DNA of 64,000 bases from Saprospiraceae bacterium. GTDB lineage: Bacteria > Bacteroidota > Bacteroidia > Chitinophagales > Saprospiraceae. The stretch's first letter is position 1. The number at the start of each line of letters is the position of its first letter. The notes beneath the pieces are model-generated. The model worked only from the letters and a program-made list of their open reading frames with translations, ran no database searches and was not told the origin of the DNA. The position numbers and the translations under genes are program-made. Shown one piece after another: positions 1 through 8,633 of the stretch. The stretch lies in the NCBI GenBank assembly GCA_013140975.1, contig JABFRV010000153.1, forward strand, positions 169 to 64,168. Direction: 5' to 3'.

Positions 1-44
1 TTAGAGGAAAAAGCGGGTTTTAATATTTTCAGTTAAAGAAATTT

Positions 45-938
45 TTATTGCTTTTGTTTAATATCCATTTCTATATAATCGTCGCCAAACATAGTTGTGC
101 TTGGATTATCTTGAATGCTATTTATTTTAATTGCAAAGTAGAAGATTCCACTTTTAATAACATACACTTTGTTATTGATTGCAACAACAGGAAGTGTAGC
201 AGCCGTTCCATCATTAAATGCTGTCTCTATAGATAATTCATTATTTAAGTTATCCCAGGTCTGAGTAGTCGTTCTAATTACTGTTTCAGTCGATCTTGGG
301 CTAAATGCACCTTTGTAAGAAAGATTTGCATTGTTTCCTTCATCAACCAATTCGGCTGTAGCATCCATTGATCCGGTACTTGCACCTGTGTGAAGATCAA
401 GTCCGCCTTTACCAGCCGGGCCTTGCTTATTATATAATTTAGCTGCAGAGATTAATTTAATTCTAACATCTTTGGTAGTTATTACAAAAGATGCCGCATC
501 TTTTTCACCATTTTCATCTTCAACTTCGAAGTAATACGTTATTGTGTCATTTTCAACCGGAGTAGGAAATTCAATATCATAAGTAAATGAAGATAGTTGG
601 GCTTGATTAAGAATTAATGTTGGATTCGAATTTGCTAATGCTCCATTAATTTTAAGAGTTGAAAAGTCTACTAACTTTTCAGCTGTTTCACTTGCTCTTT
701 TAGATGTCACAGTAAATAGTTTTAAATTACTATTCCCCTTCGTTGCATTAATTTTTGTCTTAATAGTAGAACCACCATCAACAGTTTCATTTGCAGTAAT
801 ATAACCACTTGTTGGCACGAAGCCAATTGTAGGAGGCACTTTAGTAGTGTCAATCGGGTCTTCAGTACAAGAGTTAATACTCACTATGAAGAGGCCAACT
901 AATAAAAGGTACATTAGATTTTTCATAATAGAATTCAT
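45..938 (-). CDS. hypothetical secreted lipoprotein
   Basis: 297-aa ORF with an N-terminal signal peptide ending in a lipobox-like ...VSINSC. No catalytic motif recognised. Lies 3 nt downstream of ORF 942-1571 on the same strand. Confidence 0.5.
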   Translation of the reverse strand: MNSIMKNLMYLLLVGLFIVSINSCTEDPIDTTKVPPTIGFVPTSGYITANETVDGGSTIKTKINATKGNSNLKLFTVTSKRASETAEKLVDFSTLKINGALANSNPTLILNQAQLSSFTYDIEFPTPVENDTITYYFEVEDENGEKDAASFVITTKDVRIKLISAAKLYNKQGPAGKGGLDLHTGASTGSMDATAELVDEGNNANLSYKGAFSPRSTETVIRTTTQTWDNLNNELSIETAFNDGTAATLPVVAINNKVYVIKSGIFYFAIKINSIQDNPSTTMFGDDYIEMDIKQKQ

Positions 939-941
939 TTT

Positions 942-1571
942 TTATTTTATAAAATTTTTTAATTTTTCAATAATTGCCATTTCATCTTTATAGATGTATT
1001 GGGAAATTTCTAGGTTTTTGTAGGGTTTTTTTTCAAACTTTAGAATTGCCTTTTGATCACAATTCTTATAGCTCTCGGTTTTTTGCGCTGCAAATATAGC
1101 TTTTTCCTGGGAAAAATAGTGTTGTTTTGCATCTAGCAAACAGTGATTTTTAACCTTAGCAGTATTGGAAGTTAGATTTTCACTATAAACCAAGAAATTA
1201 TTTAATAAGTAAAACTTGAATTCCTTTTGGATTGCACCATCTTTTATAAGTCTATCCAATCGTATAATTTCTTTAACATGGTTATAATAGACAGTGAAAT
1301 TTTCCTTTGGACCACGTTCGAATCTTTTTTGATCAATTGTGTTTTCATTAACCCAGTTAACATACGTTTGCGTTCTAGAAACGCTGTCTTTGGTTTGGGA
1401 ATCCAATCCATTTATAAGATTAGGAGAGCAAGTAAAACCCAGGCAGACTAAAAGAAAAAGAGGAAAGATGCTTTTCACAAATATTACGAGTTTCAATGGA
1501 ACAAAGCCCTTAAACCCAGATTTTTCAGTTGCCTTTCTATTACGAGCCAAAATTTCTTCAAAATCAAGCAC
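942..1571 (-). CDS. hypothetical membrane-anchored or lipoprotein
   Basis: 209-aa ORF with a hydrophobic segment IFPLFLLVCLGFTCS after a charged N-terminus. No recognisable family motif. Confidence 0.4.
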   Translation of the reverse strand: MLDFEEILARNRKATEKSGFKGFVPLKLVIFVKSIFPLFLLVCLGFTCSPNLINGLDSQTKDSVSRTQTYVNWVNENTIDQKRFERGPKENFTVYYNHVKEIIRLDRLIKDGAIQKEFKFYLLNNFLVYSENLTSNTAKVKNHCLLDAKQHYFSQEKAIFAAQKTESYKNCDQKAILKFEKKPYKNLEISQYIYKDEMAIIEKLKNFIK

Positions 1572-1824
1572 TTACTCCTATTTTTATCCTCAACATAATG
1601 GAACTATGCTTGCGGTAAAAATACTCCGTGAGTACTTTATTTTATTGAACTTTTGACTCTCACTACGAAACTCAACTGAAAAATCTGGGTTAAAATATAC
1701 CTCACAAAATTAATTCAAACCATTGAAATTAATCGTAAAGCCTTGAAAACAAATCCATTAAATTTATATATAAGTTTTATCAGAATATAATCTATTGGAT
1801 GTGTAGGGATTGTGAGCATTTCTC

Positions 1825-1832
1825 TACCTTTG
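1825..1832 (+). promoter_or_regulatory. candidate Bacteroidota sigma-A -7 box (TAnnTTTG)
   Basis: TACCTTTG lies 9 nt upstream of the ATG at 1842. It falls inside the GTG-extended ORF from the track, which argues for the 1842 start. Confidence 0.45.
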
Positions 1833-1841
1833 AGTCCTGAT

Positions 1842-2690
1842 ATGAAAACCATCGCTGAGTTACAATCCATTGCTTCACAGGTAAGGCGTGATATAATCCG
1901 ACAGACCTGGTCTGCAAAAAGTGGTCATCCCGGAGGATCACTTGGATGTGCGGATTATTTGACCTCCTTGTATTTTAATCATCTTCGTTTTAAGTTACCA
2001 TTTACGATGAATGGAAATGACGAAGATATTTTTGTTTTGTCAAATGGTCACATTTCGCCGGTTTTTTATAGTATTTTAGCAAGAACAGGGCATTTTCCTG
2101 TAGATGAACTTGCTACTTTTCGAAAATTGAACTCCAGATTACAGGGCCATCCTGCTACACAAGAACATATCCCGGGAGTTAGAATAGCAAGTGGATCATT
2201 GGGGCAAGGTCTGAGCGTTGCATTGGGTTTGGCATTGGCTAAAAAATTTCAAGCAGACACAAAGTTGGTTTTTGCTTTAACCGGAGATGGAGAATTACAA
2301 GAAGGGCAGAATTGGGAAGCCATAATGGCTGCTGCTCATTACAAAGCAGATAATCTCATAGTCACTGTGGATTGGAATGGACAGCAAATTGATGGTCCAA
2401 ATGATAAGGTAATTAGTCTTGGTGATCTTGAAGGAAAATGGAAGACATTTGGTTGGACAGTCCTTCATGCGAACGGAAATGATATGCAAGACATAGATCA
2501 AAAAATATCCGACGCTAAAAGTCATGTTGGTCAAGGTAAGCCAATCGTAATACTGATGAAAACGATCATGGGATTTGGAGTAGATTACATGATGGGAACA
2601 CATAGGTGGCATGGTGTGGCTCCCAACGATGAGCAGACTGCCAAAGCATTGGATCAATTAACTGAAACATTAGGAGACTATAAGATATGA
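1842..2690 (+). CDS. transketolase, N-terminal (TPP-binding) subunit
   Basis: Motifs SGHPGGSLG, VLSNGH and GDGELQEGQNWEA are typical of the transketolase PP domain. Split-gene arrangement with a 4-nt ATGA overlap to the next ORF. The track start 1812 is a GTG; ATG 1842 (MKTIAELQ) is preferred. Confidence 0.9.
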   Translation: MKTIAELQSIASQVRRDIIRQTWSAKSGHPGGSLGCADYLTSLYFNHLRFKLPFTMNGNDEDIFVLSNGHISPVFYSILARTGHFPVDELATFRKLNSRLQGHPATQEHIPGVRIASGSLGQGLSVALGLALAKKFQADTKLVFALTGDGELQEGQNWEAIMAAAHYKADNLIVTVDWNGQQIDGPNDKVISLGDLEGKWKTFGWTVLHANGNDMQDIDQKISDAKSHVGQGKPIVILMKTIMGFGVDYMMGTHRWHGVAPNDEQTAKALDQLTETLGDYKI

Positions 2691-3637
2691 GTTGGGATAA
2701 ATTTACAAGTACACAAAAAATTGCTACAAGAAATGGATTTGGAGACGGATTGCTTGAAGCTGCCAGATCCAACCCAAAAATAGTAGCTCTCTGTGCAGAT
2801 TTAGCAGGCTCATTGAAGATGGATCTTTTGGAAAAAGAATTTCCATCACGATATTTTCAAGTTGGAGTTGCTGAAGCCAATATGATTGGAATGGCAGCAG
2901 GAATGGCAACCAGCGGATTAATTCCATACACAGGAACATTTGCCAATTTTTCTACAGGAAGAGTTTATGATCAGATAAGACAGTCAGTTGCTTATTCTGG
3001 AAAAAATGTAAAAATATGCGCTTCACATGCGGGATTAACTTTAGGAGAAGATGGCGCAACACATCAAATTCTGGAAGATATTGGTTTGATGAAAATGCTT
3101 CCCGGTATGTGCGTCATAAATCCTGCTGATTATGCACAGACCAAAGCAGCAACGATGGCAATTGCAAATCATGAAGGACCAGTGTATTTAAGATTTGGCA
3201 GACCCGATTGGCCGGTCTTCATGCAAAATGAGAAATTCGAAATAGGAAAAGCAATTACACTTCGAGAAGGTAAAGATGTAAGTATTTTTGCTACAGGTCA
3301 CATGTTGTGGCAGGCATTAGAAGCTGTACGGTTACTTGAACAAGAAGGAATCGATTGTGAACTTATTAATATACACACAATAAAACCCCTTGACATAGAA
3401 GCTATTATTAAATCGGTCAAAAAAACAAATCGAGTTGTAAGTTGCGAGGAACATCAGCGCAACGGTGGACTCGGTGACAGCATTGCTCAAACACTAGCCC
3501 TTCATCATCCTACAAGAATGGAATATGTTGCCGTCAATGATTCATTTGGTGAAAGTGGAAAGCCTATGGAATTAATTGAAAAATATGGGCTGGGAGTTAA
3601 AGATGTGGTTGCAGCAGTGAAGAAAATTGTTTTATAA
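2687..3637 (+). CDS. transketolase, C-terminal (pyrimidine-binding) subunit
   Basis: 316 aa. VGVAEANMIGMAAGMA, THQILEDIGLMKMLPGM and a C-terminal transketolase_C-like region. Translationally coupled to the N-terminal subunit. Confidence 0.9.
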   Translation: MSWDKFTSTQKIATRNGFGDGLLEAARSNPKIVALCADLAGSLKMDLLEKEFPSRYFQVGVAEANMIGMAAGMATSGLIPYTGTFANFSTGRVYDQIRQSVAYSGKNVKICASHAGLTLGEDGATHQILEDIGLMKMLPGMCVINPADYAQTKAATMAIANHEGPVYLRFGRPDWPVFMQNEKFEIGKAITLREGKDVSIFATGHMLWQALEAVRLLEQEGIDCELINIHTIKPLDIEAIIKSVKKTNRVVSCEEHQRNGGLGDSIAQTLALHHPTRMEYVAVNDSFGESGKPMELIEKYGLGVKDVVAAVKKIVL

Positions 3638-4387
3638 TTTAGAGATCTGGATACACATTGCATCGTAAGTAGCTGCGTAATTTTCAACTTGAAATAAATA
3701 TCTTTACATTTCAGAATCCGAGAGATACGTGATTGAGTATTTCTTTGTTCTGGAATGAAAAATAAATATAATTTCCAAAGTACATCTCATTTGAATTTAA
3801 TATTAATCGTATCTACATTGGTTTTGAGTTACAATCTGATTTAACTACAAAAACCAAAATGACTTTTAATAGCAAATTATTCTTGAAAGAATGCTAATGA
3901 TTTAAGTTTTGAATTTTAATAGGCTTTTGGAAGAAGTTGTTTCTTGCATAAATTTTTAATATCAACATTCGAAAGTTTATAAAGGTGGAAAACAATTTTG
4001 AGTAATGAATAATGTATCGAGTCGAATATTGATCAATCATAAATCTGAATTAATATTAATCTTATTGAGTTAATTTTTGACTTCATTTATTCTTTTTGCA
4101 AACAATTATTGAGTCATTGTAAGCTATTAAAGAAGCCATCCATGAATATTGTTTTGAATAGGAGAATTTAATATGGAGTAGGTATGAAAGTGTTAGATGG
4201 AAGAAATATAAGCTTATTATTATTTCATCACTTATCTTTATGTTTGATTTATTGAATGAATACCAAAGATTTGAATATTTCATATTTTTTGCTCAACCAG
4301 TAATTCACAAGGCAAATAGGAAAAAATCCTTGGAAATACCAAAAAAACAAAACTTCCTGAAGATGATAAATCTTCTTACTTCACAAC

Positions 4388-5602
4388 ATGACATTTAAAG
4401 ACTTCAATCTTCACCCACAATTAGTTCAAGGTATTGAATCTTGTGGATATGAAACTCCAACGCCTGTTCAGGAAATTGTAATTCCTGCGATCTTAGCGGG
4501 TAAAGATCTGATAGTTTCGGCCCAAACCGGAACCGGTAAATCTGCATCTTTTCTACTGCCGGTTCTTAACCATATTATCTCTCATAAACATGCTCACAAG
4601 GTCAGTGCATTAGTGGTTGTACCAACAAGGGAATTGGCGAAGCAAATTTCTCAGCATATTGAAGCATTTTCATATTTTTTGGACATTAGTTTTATTGCTA
4701 TATATGGCGGAAATGACGGGAAGAATTTTGACATTGAAAAGAAAGCATTACAGATGGGTGTTGACATTGTTGTCTGCACACCTGGAAGATTAATCGCTCA
4801 TCTTAATTTGAAATACTTTGATCTTAATTCATTACAATATTTAGTACTGGATGAAGCAGACCGTATGCTTGATATGGGCTTTCAGGAAGATATTGCTAAA
4901 ATTATCAATACTCTTCCGGAAAAAAAGCAAACACTTTTATTTTCTGCAACAATGCCTGATCGAATAAGAGGATTAGCCAGAAAAATTCTGAAAAATCCGC
5001 AAGAGGTAAATATTGCAATTTCAAAACCGCCAGAAAAGATTATTCAAAAGGCTTATGTAGTTTATGAAAATCAAAAATTAAAATTGGTTAAGCATATTTT
5101 AAAACATAGCCCCTTTAAATGTGCTTTAATCTTCTGTAGTAGAAAACAAAGCGTAAAGGAATTGACTTATGATCTTTATAAAGCAAAATTCAAAGTCGCT
5201 GAAATACACAGCGATCTTGAACAGAAGCAACGCGAAGATGTCTTGCTAGGTTTTAGTAGCGGTCAAATTCCAATTCTCATTGCTACAGATATTGTAAGCC
5301 GCGGAATTGATATTGATACAATAGACCTGGTGATCAATTATGATGTTCCAAATGATGGAGAAGATTATGTTCACCGAATTGGTAGAACTGCAAGAGCAGA
5401 AGCAGAAGGAGTAGCAATAACAATAATATCACAGAAAGAACAAGCTGCATTTGCAGTCATAGAAAAATTACTGGAGAAAGTAATAACGAAGGAAAAAGTG
5501 CCAAGTGAATTAGGACCTGCTCCGGAATATAATCCAATTGAAAACAGTAAGCCAAAACCAGGTAAGCGTTTTAGCCCAAGGAGAAAACCGAAAACATATT
5601 GA
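4388..5602 (+). CDS. DEAD-box ATP-dependent RNA helicase
   Basis: Q-motif region (FKDFNL...TPTPVQ), Walker A AQTGTGKS, PTRELA, DEAD, SAT and HRIGRTAR, plus a basic C-terminal tail. Confidence 0.93.
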   Translation: MTFKDFNLHPQLVQGIESCGYETPTPVQEIVIPAILAGKDLIVSAQTGTGKSASFLLPVLNHIISHKHAHKVSALVVVPTRELAKQISQHIEAFSYFLDISFIAIYGGNDGKNFDIEKKALQMGVDIVVCTPGRLIAHLNLKYFDLNSLQYLVLDEADRMLDMGFQEDIAKIINTLPEKKQTLLFSATMPDRIRGLARKILKNPQEVNIAISKPPEKIIQKAYVVYENQKLKLVKHILKHSPFKCALIFCSRKQSVKELTYDLYKAKFKVAEIHSDLEQKQREDVLLGFSSGQIPILIATDIVSRGIDIDTIDLVINYDVPNDGEDYVHRIGRTARAEAEGVAITIISQKEQAAFAVIEKLLEKVITKEKVPSELGPAPEYNPIENSKPKPGKRFSPRRKPKTY

Positions 5603-5687
5603 TTCCTTTTTTAAGAAGGCAAGCTTGTATCAATTAAATTCAATCAAAGTAAATTGAATAATCTAATTGAAGCCAAATTCGGAAAAA

Positions 5688-6251
5688 TTATTTTTTCCTT
5701 TGCTTGATATATTCGTTTATTTTTGAAATAAACTCAGATGGAGTTGCAGTATATCCTGTCATGCCTAAGGTCTGAATATTAAACTGATTGGTAGTGGGAT
5801 TTTTATTTAAGTCAAATAACCAAACAGTGGGAAAACCTTGTACTTGAAGAACCTGTTGCAGGTTGTTGTTTTGTTGTTGAATTTTCGCAGGAATCGTTTT
5901 GCCTCTTGGGAAATCAAGTTCCAGAAGTATGACATTGTTCTTAGCCCAATTCTTAAACTCATCGTGTACAAAAACCGCTGCCGCCAATCTTTTACACCAA
6001 ATGCACCAGTCAGAACCCGTGAAGTTCGCAAGGATAGGTTTGTTGGTTTTTTCAGAAAGGGCATAGGCTTCTTCAATATCTACTAGCCAACCTTCATGTT
6101 CCGCTTTATAAGAAGCATCAGCAGATGCAGGAGTTGCTGTGGGATTAGAAGCAGGTTGTTTAGAAGGCGTCTGTCCACAAGAGAACTGAGTAAACAAAAT
6201 ACCGGAAAATACGATGTGGGAACAGTGTCTTAAGATATTAGAAATTGACAT
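5688..6251 (-). CDS. thioredoxin-fold protein (secreted, CxxC)
   Basis: Active-site-like FTGSDWCIWCKRL (CIWC) after a signal or lipoprotein-like leader (FTQFSCGQ). Internal ATG 6251 (MSISNIL) is preferred over the track start 6287. Confidence 0.75.
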   Translation of the reverse strand: MSISNILRHCSHIVFSGILFTQFSCGQTPSKQPASNPTATPASADASYKAEHEGWLVDIEEAYALSEKTNKPILANFTGSDWCIWCKRLAAAVFVHDEFKNWAKNNVILLELDFPRGKTIPAKIQQQNNNLQQVLQVQGFPTVWLFDLNKNPTTNQFNIQTLGMTGYTATPSEFISKINEYIKQRKK

Positions 6252-6602
6252 TTTTTGTAATTTACCTGCAAAATTGTGTAAAATCAATGAATTAAGGGCT
6301 TAACGAAAAGTTAAAGTGTTTTTGAGTAATGAAGAAGGATTATCAGATAGTTGAGTCCTTGATTTTGAAAGATTTATAATTTAAAGGGCAGGTTTGGCAG
6401 GTTGATTTTAATTTAAATGAAAGAGTGATAAAGGCTCTTTTCATTATGTATTGAAGTGAGTATATAAAGCACCCTGGTGACCATTTTGAAACAAATCCAT
6501 TGCTATTTATAATCTCTGTTCTTAACTGCTTGAATACTTAGTGGGAATCACGATATTTGCGGCGTATAAGAGACATATTTAAATTTTTTTAATTTCATAT
6601 TC

Positions 6603-7010
6603 ATGATTCAGTTAGATCAGATTGTTGCTGTAAATTCTAAGGATACCCTTTACAAGGCCGTTGCATCAAAATCGAATGGGCTTATTTTAGAAGACCTAAG
6701 TACAGGTATAAATGGTTTCTTTTCCGGACGATTATATCAAATTTCTCCATTGGACAGTATGGGATTGTATATTCTGGGAGGTACAATGCCATTGAAAGAA
6801 GTGTATGAAATTTTTATTTCTAAGGAAGCAGAGATTCCAATACCAATTGAAACAGCCACTGAAGAAGAAATGAAATTATTTTTTCAAACCATTATTCCTG
6901 ATTACGACCCCTACAAGGTTAAACATAGAGATATGAAAAAATGTCTTCGATGGTATCACCAGTTGAAGCAATTTAGCCTGATCAAAAAAGAGGAGAATGT
7001 TTCTGAATAA
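6603..7010 (+). CDS. small conserved hypothetical protein (DUF5606-like)
   Basis: 135 aa. The N-terminal pattern L..I.AV..K..LYK.V....NGLI.E.L resembles the Bacteroidota DUF5606 family as I recall it. Overlaps the downstream GT2 gene by 14 nt. Confidence 0.45.
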   Translation: MIQLDQIVAVNSKDTLYKAVASKSNGLILEDLSTGINGFFSGRLYQISPLDSMGLYILGGTMPLKEVYEIFISKEAEIPIPIETATEEEMKLFFQTIIPDYDPYKVKHRDMKKCLRWYHQLKQFSLIKKEENVSE

Positions 7011-7737
7011 AAAAGTAGTAGTTGTTCTTCCTGCGTATAATGCTGCTAAAACTCTTGAACGAACGATTGGAGAAATTCCATTTGATATCGTTGATGAATT
7101 GATATTGTGTGACGATGCAAGTAATGACGAAACTTTTTCTATCGCGAAAAAACTTAATATTAATCATGTTATTCGTCATGAAAGAAATACGGGATATGGT
7201 GGAAATCAAAAAACACTTTATAACAAAGCGCTTGAAATAGGATCAGACATTGTAATTATGCTCCATCCCGATTATCAATACACTCCAAAGTTAATTCCAA
7301 GTATGGTTAACCTAATTGCGAAAGACTTATATCCGGTAGTATTAGGTTCCCGAATTCTAGGGAAAGGTGCCTTGAAGGGTGGAATGCCAATTTATAAATA
7401 TGTATTCAACAGATTTCTGACTTTAACACAGAATGCACTTGTTGGTTATAAACTTTCGGAATATCATACAGGATATCGCGCATTTAGCAGAAAAGTGCTT
7501 GAATCAATTAATTATAACAGTAACTCTGACGATTTTGTATTTGACAATCAAATGTTATCTCAAATCATTTATAAAAAATTTGATATTGGAGAAATCAGTT
7601 GTCCTACGAAATATTTTGATGAAGCTTCATCAATAAATTTTTCTCGTTCTATGAAATATGGTCTAGGAGTATTGTTAACCTCTGTCAAGCATTTTTTACA
7701 ACGAATTGGAATTACCAATTTTCAAATGTACAAGTGA
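6997..7737 (+). CDS. glycosyltransferase family 2 (Dpm1/polyprenyl-phosphate sugar synthase-like)
   Basis: The N-terminal VVLPAYNAA...DDASND..., HPDYQY and GYRAF motifs are typical of GT-A fold GT2 enzymes. Confidence 0.8.
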   Translation: MFLNKKVVVVLPAYNAAKTLERTIGEIPFDIVDELILCDDASNDETFSIAKKLNINHVIRHERNTGYGGNQKTLYNKALEIGSDIVIMLHPDYQYTPKLIPSMVNLIAKDLYPVVLGSRILGKGALKGGMPIYKYVFNRFLTLTQNALVGYKLSEYHTGYRAFSRKVLESINYNSNSDDFVFDNQMLSQIIYKKFDIGEISCPTKYFDEASSINFSRSMKYGLGVLLTSVKHFLQRIGITNFQMYK

Positions 7738-7805
7738 GTGGTAATAAATAATAGATAGTAAATAATAAATAATAAATAATAAAATTTACTATTTATTATT
7801 TAACA
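7738..7805. repeat. AT-only word repeat (AATAAAT-type) forming an imperfect palindrome between convergent genes
   Basis: taaataataaataataaataataaaa is followed by tttactatttattattta; aaataataaata can pair with tatttattattt. Confidence 0.5.
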
Positions 7806-7809
7806 GTTA

Positions 7810-8541
7810 CTAGTAATAAAGTCCCCAATATGGATTTCTTTGCGCTGTAAAACTTTCTTTGATGTGTTTAGATACAAAAGCATCGAATTTTTGATTGGTT
7901 ATTTTTTTCCCTTTCTTTTTTGGGATTTTAATAGGTGTCGAGATTGAATCCTTAATAATTTTTGTAGCGGTTACAATTGCGCTGCCATTGTTTTTGTCGA
8001 TTTCAAGAATAAGACCCGGTAATCCACTAAATCCTTCTGGTCCCAAAGAGACTGGAATTTCTGAAGCAAACCAAGCAACAATTTTTTGATTTTTCACAGT
8101 ATCGATGGTTTCAGCTTTCATGCATACATAACCTGCGACTTCTTTAATCTCGTTAAGAATTTTCCATTTAAAACGAAGCATGTCATCTTCGAAGACAAAA
8201 GACTTTCCGAGCATTTCAATATTGTCCAGGCGTTTTTTGTCTTTTAGTGAGGTATGAAGAAATCTTTTTTCCCTCCTCCAATTCCATTGTTGTGGTGGCA
8301 TATTGTCTTCATCAAGATAATAAATCGCTTGTGATTCATCGTATATAAGAACATAAGGATCTGCATCGCTTTTGTTTTTTCCCCAAGTCATTGATATTCT
8401 GTCTTTTTCTTCCTTGGAAAGATGAGGGAGTGACTTTGCTATTTCTGACCATTTAACAGTACGTGCATATTCTATTTTGCTGACTTGAGATTGTAAAGGG
8501 AGCGCGAATAAAAAAAGGATAAAGAGTTTAAAGAAATACAT
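7810..8541 (-). CDS. GLPGLI family protein
   Basis: Literal family signature FSGLPGLILEI. ATG 8541 (MYFFKLFILFLFALPLQSQ) gives a clean signal peptide; the track start 8622 is probably over-extended. Confidence 0.8.
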   Translation of the reverse strand: MYFFKLFILFLFALPLQSQVSKIEYARTVKWSEIAKSLPHLSKEEKDRISMTWGKNKSDADPYVLIYDESQAIYYLDEDNMPPQQWNWRREKRFLHTSLKDKKRLDNIEMLGKSFVFEDDMLRFKWKILNEIKEVAGYVCMKAETIDTVKNQKIVAWFASEIPVSLGPEGFSGLPGLILEIDKNNGSAIVTATKIIKDSISTPIKIPKKKGKKITNQKFDAFVSKHIKESFTAQRNPYWGLYY

Positions 8542-8633
8542 AGATAAAGGTTGATAGCTAAAATCAAATGATTGTTGAGAAGTATAATTTGTGATCCGAT
8601 AATTTAAAATAAATAAGTTCATTCGTATTAATT

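Noticed and set aside
4083-4283. 66-aa ORF in the transketolase-helicase spacer.
   Set aside because: It has Ile/Ser/Tyr/Lys-rich AT-driven composition, no promoter box and no recognisable motif. It is most likely a chance ORF.
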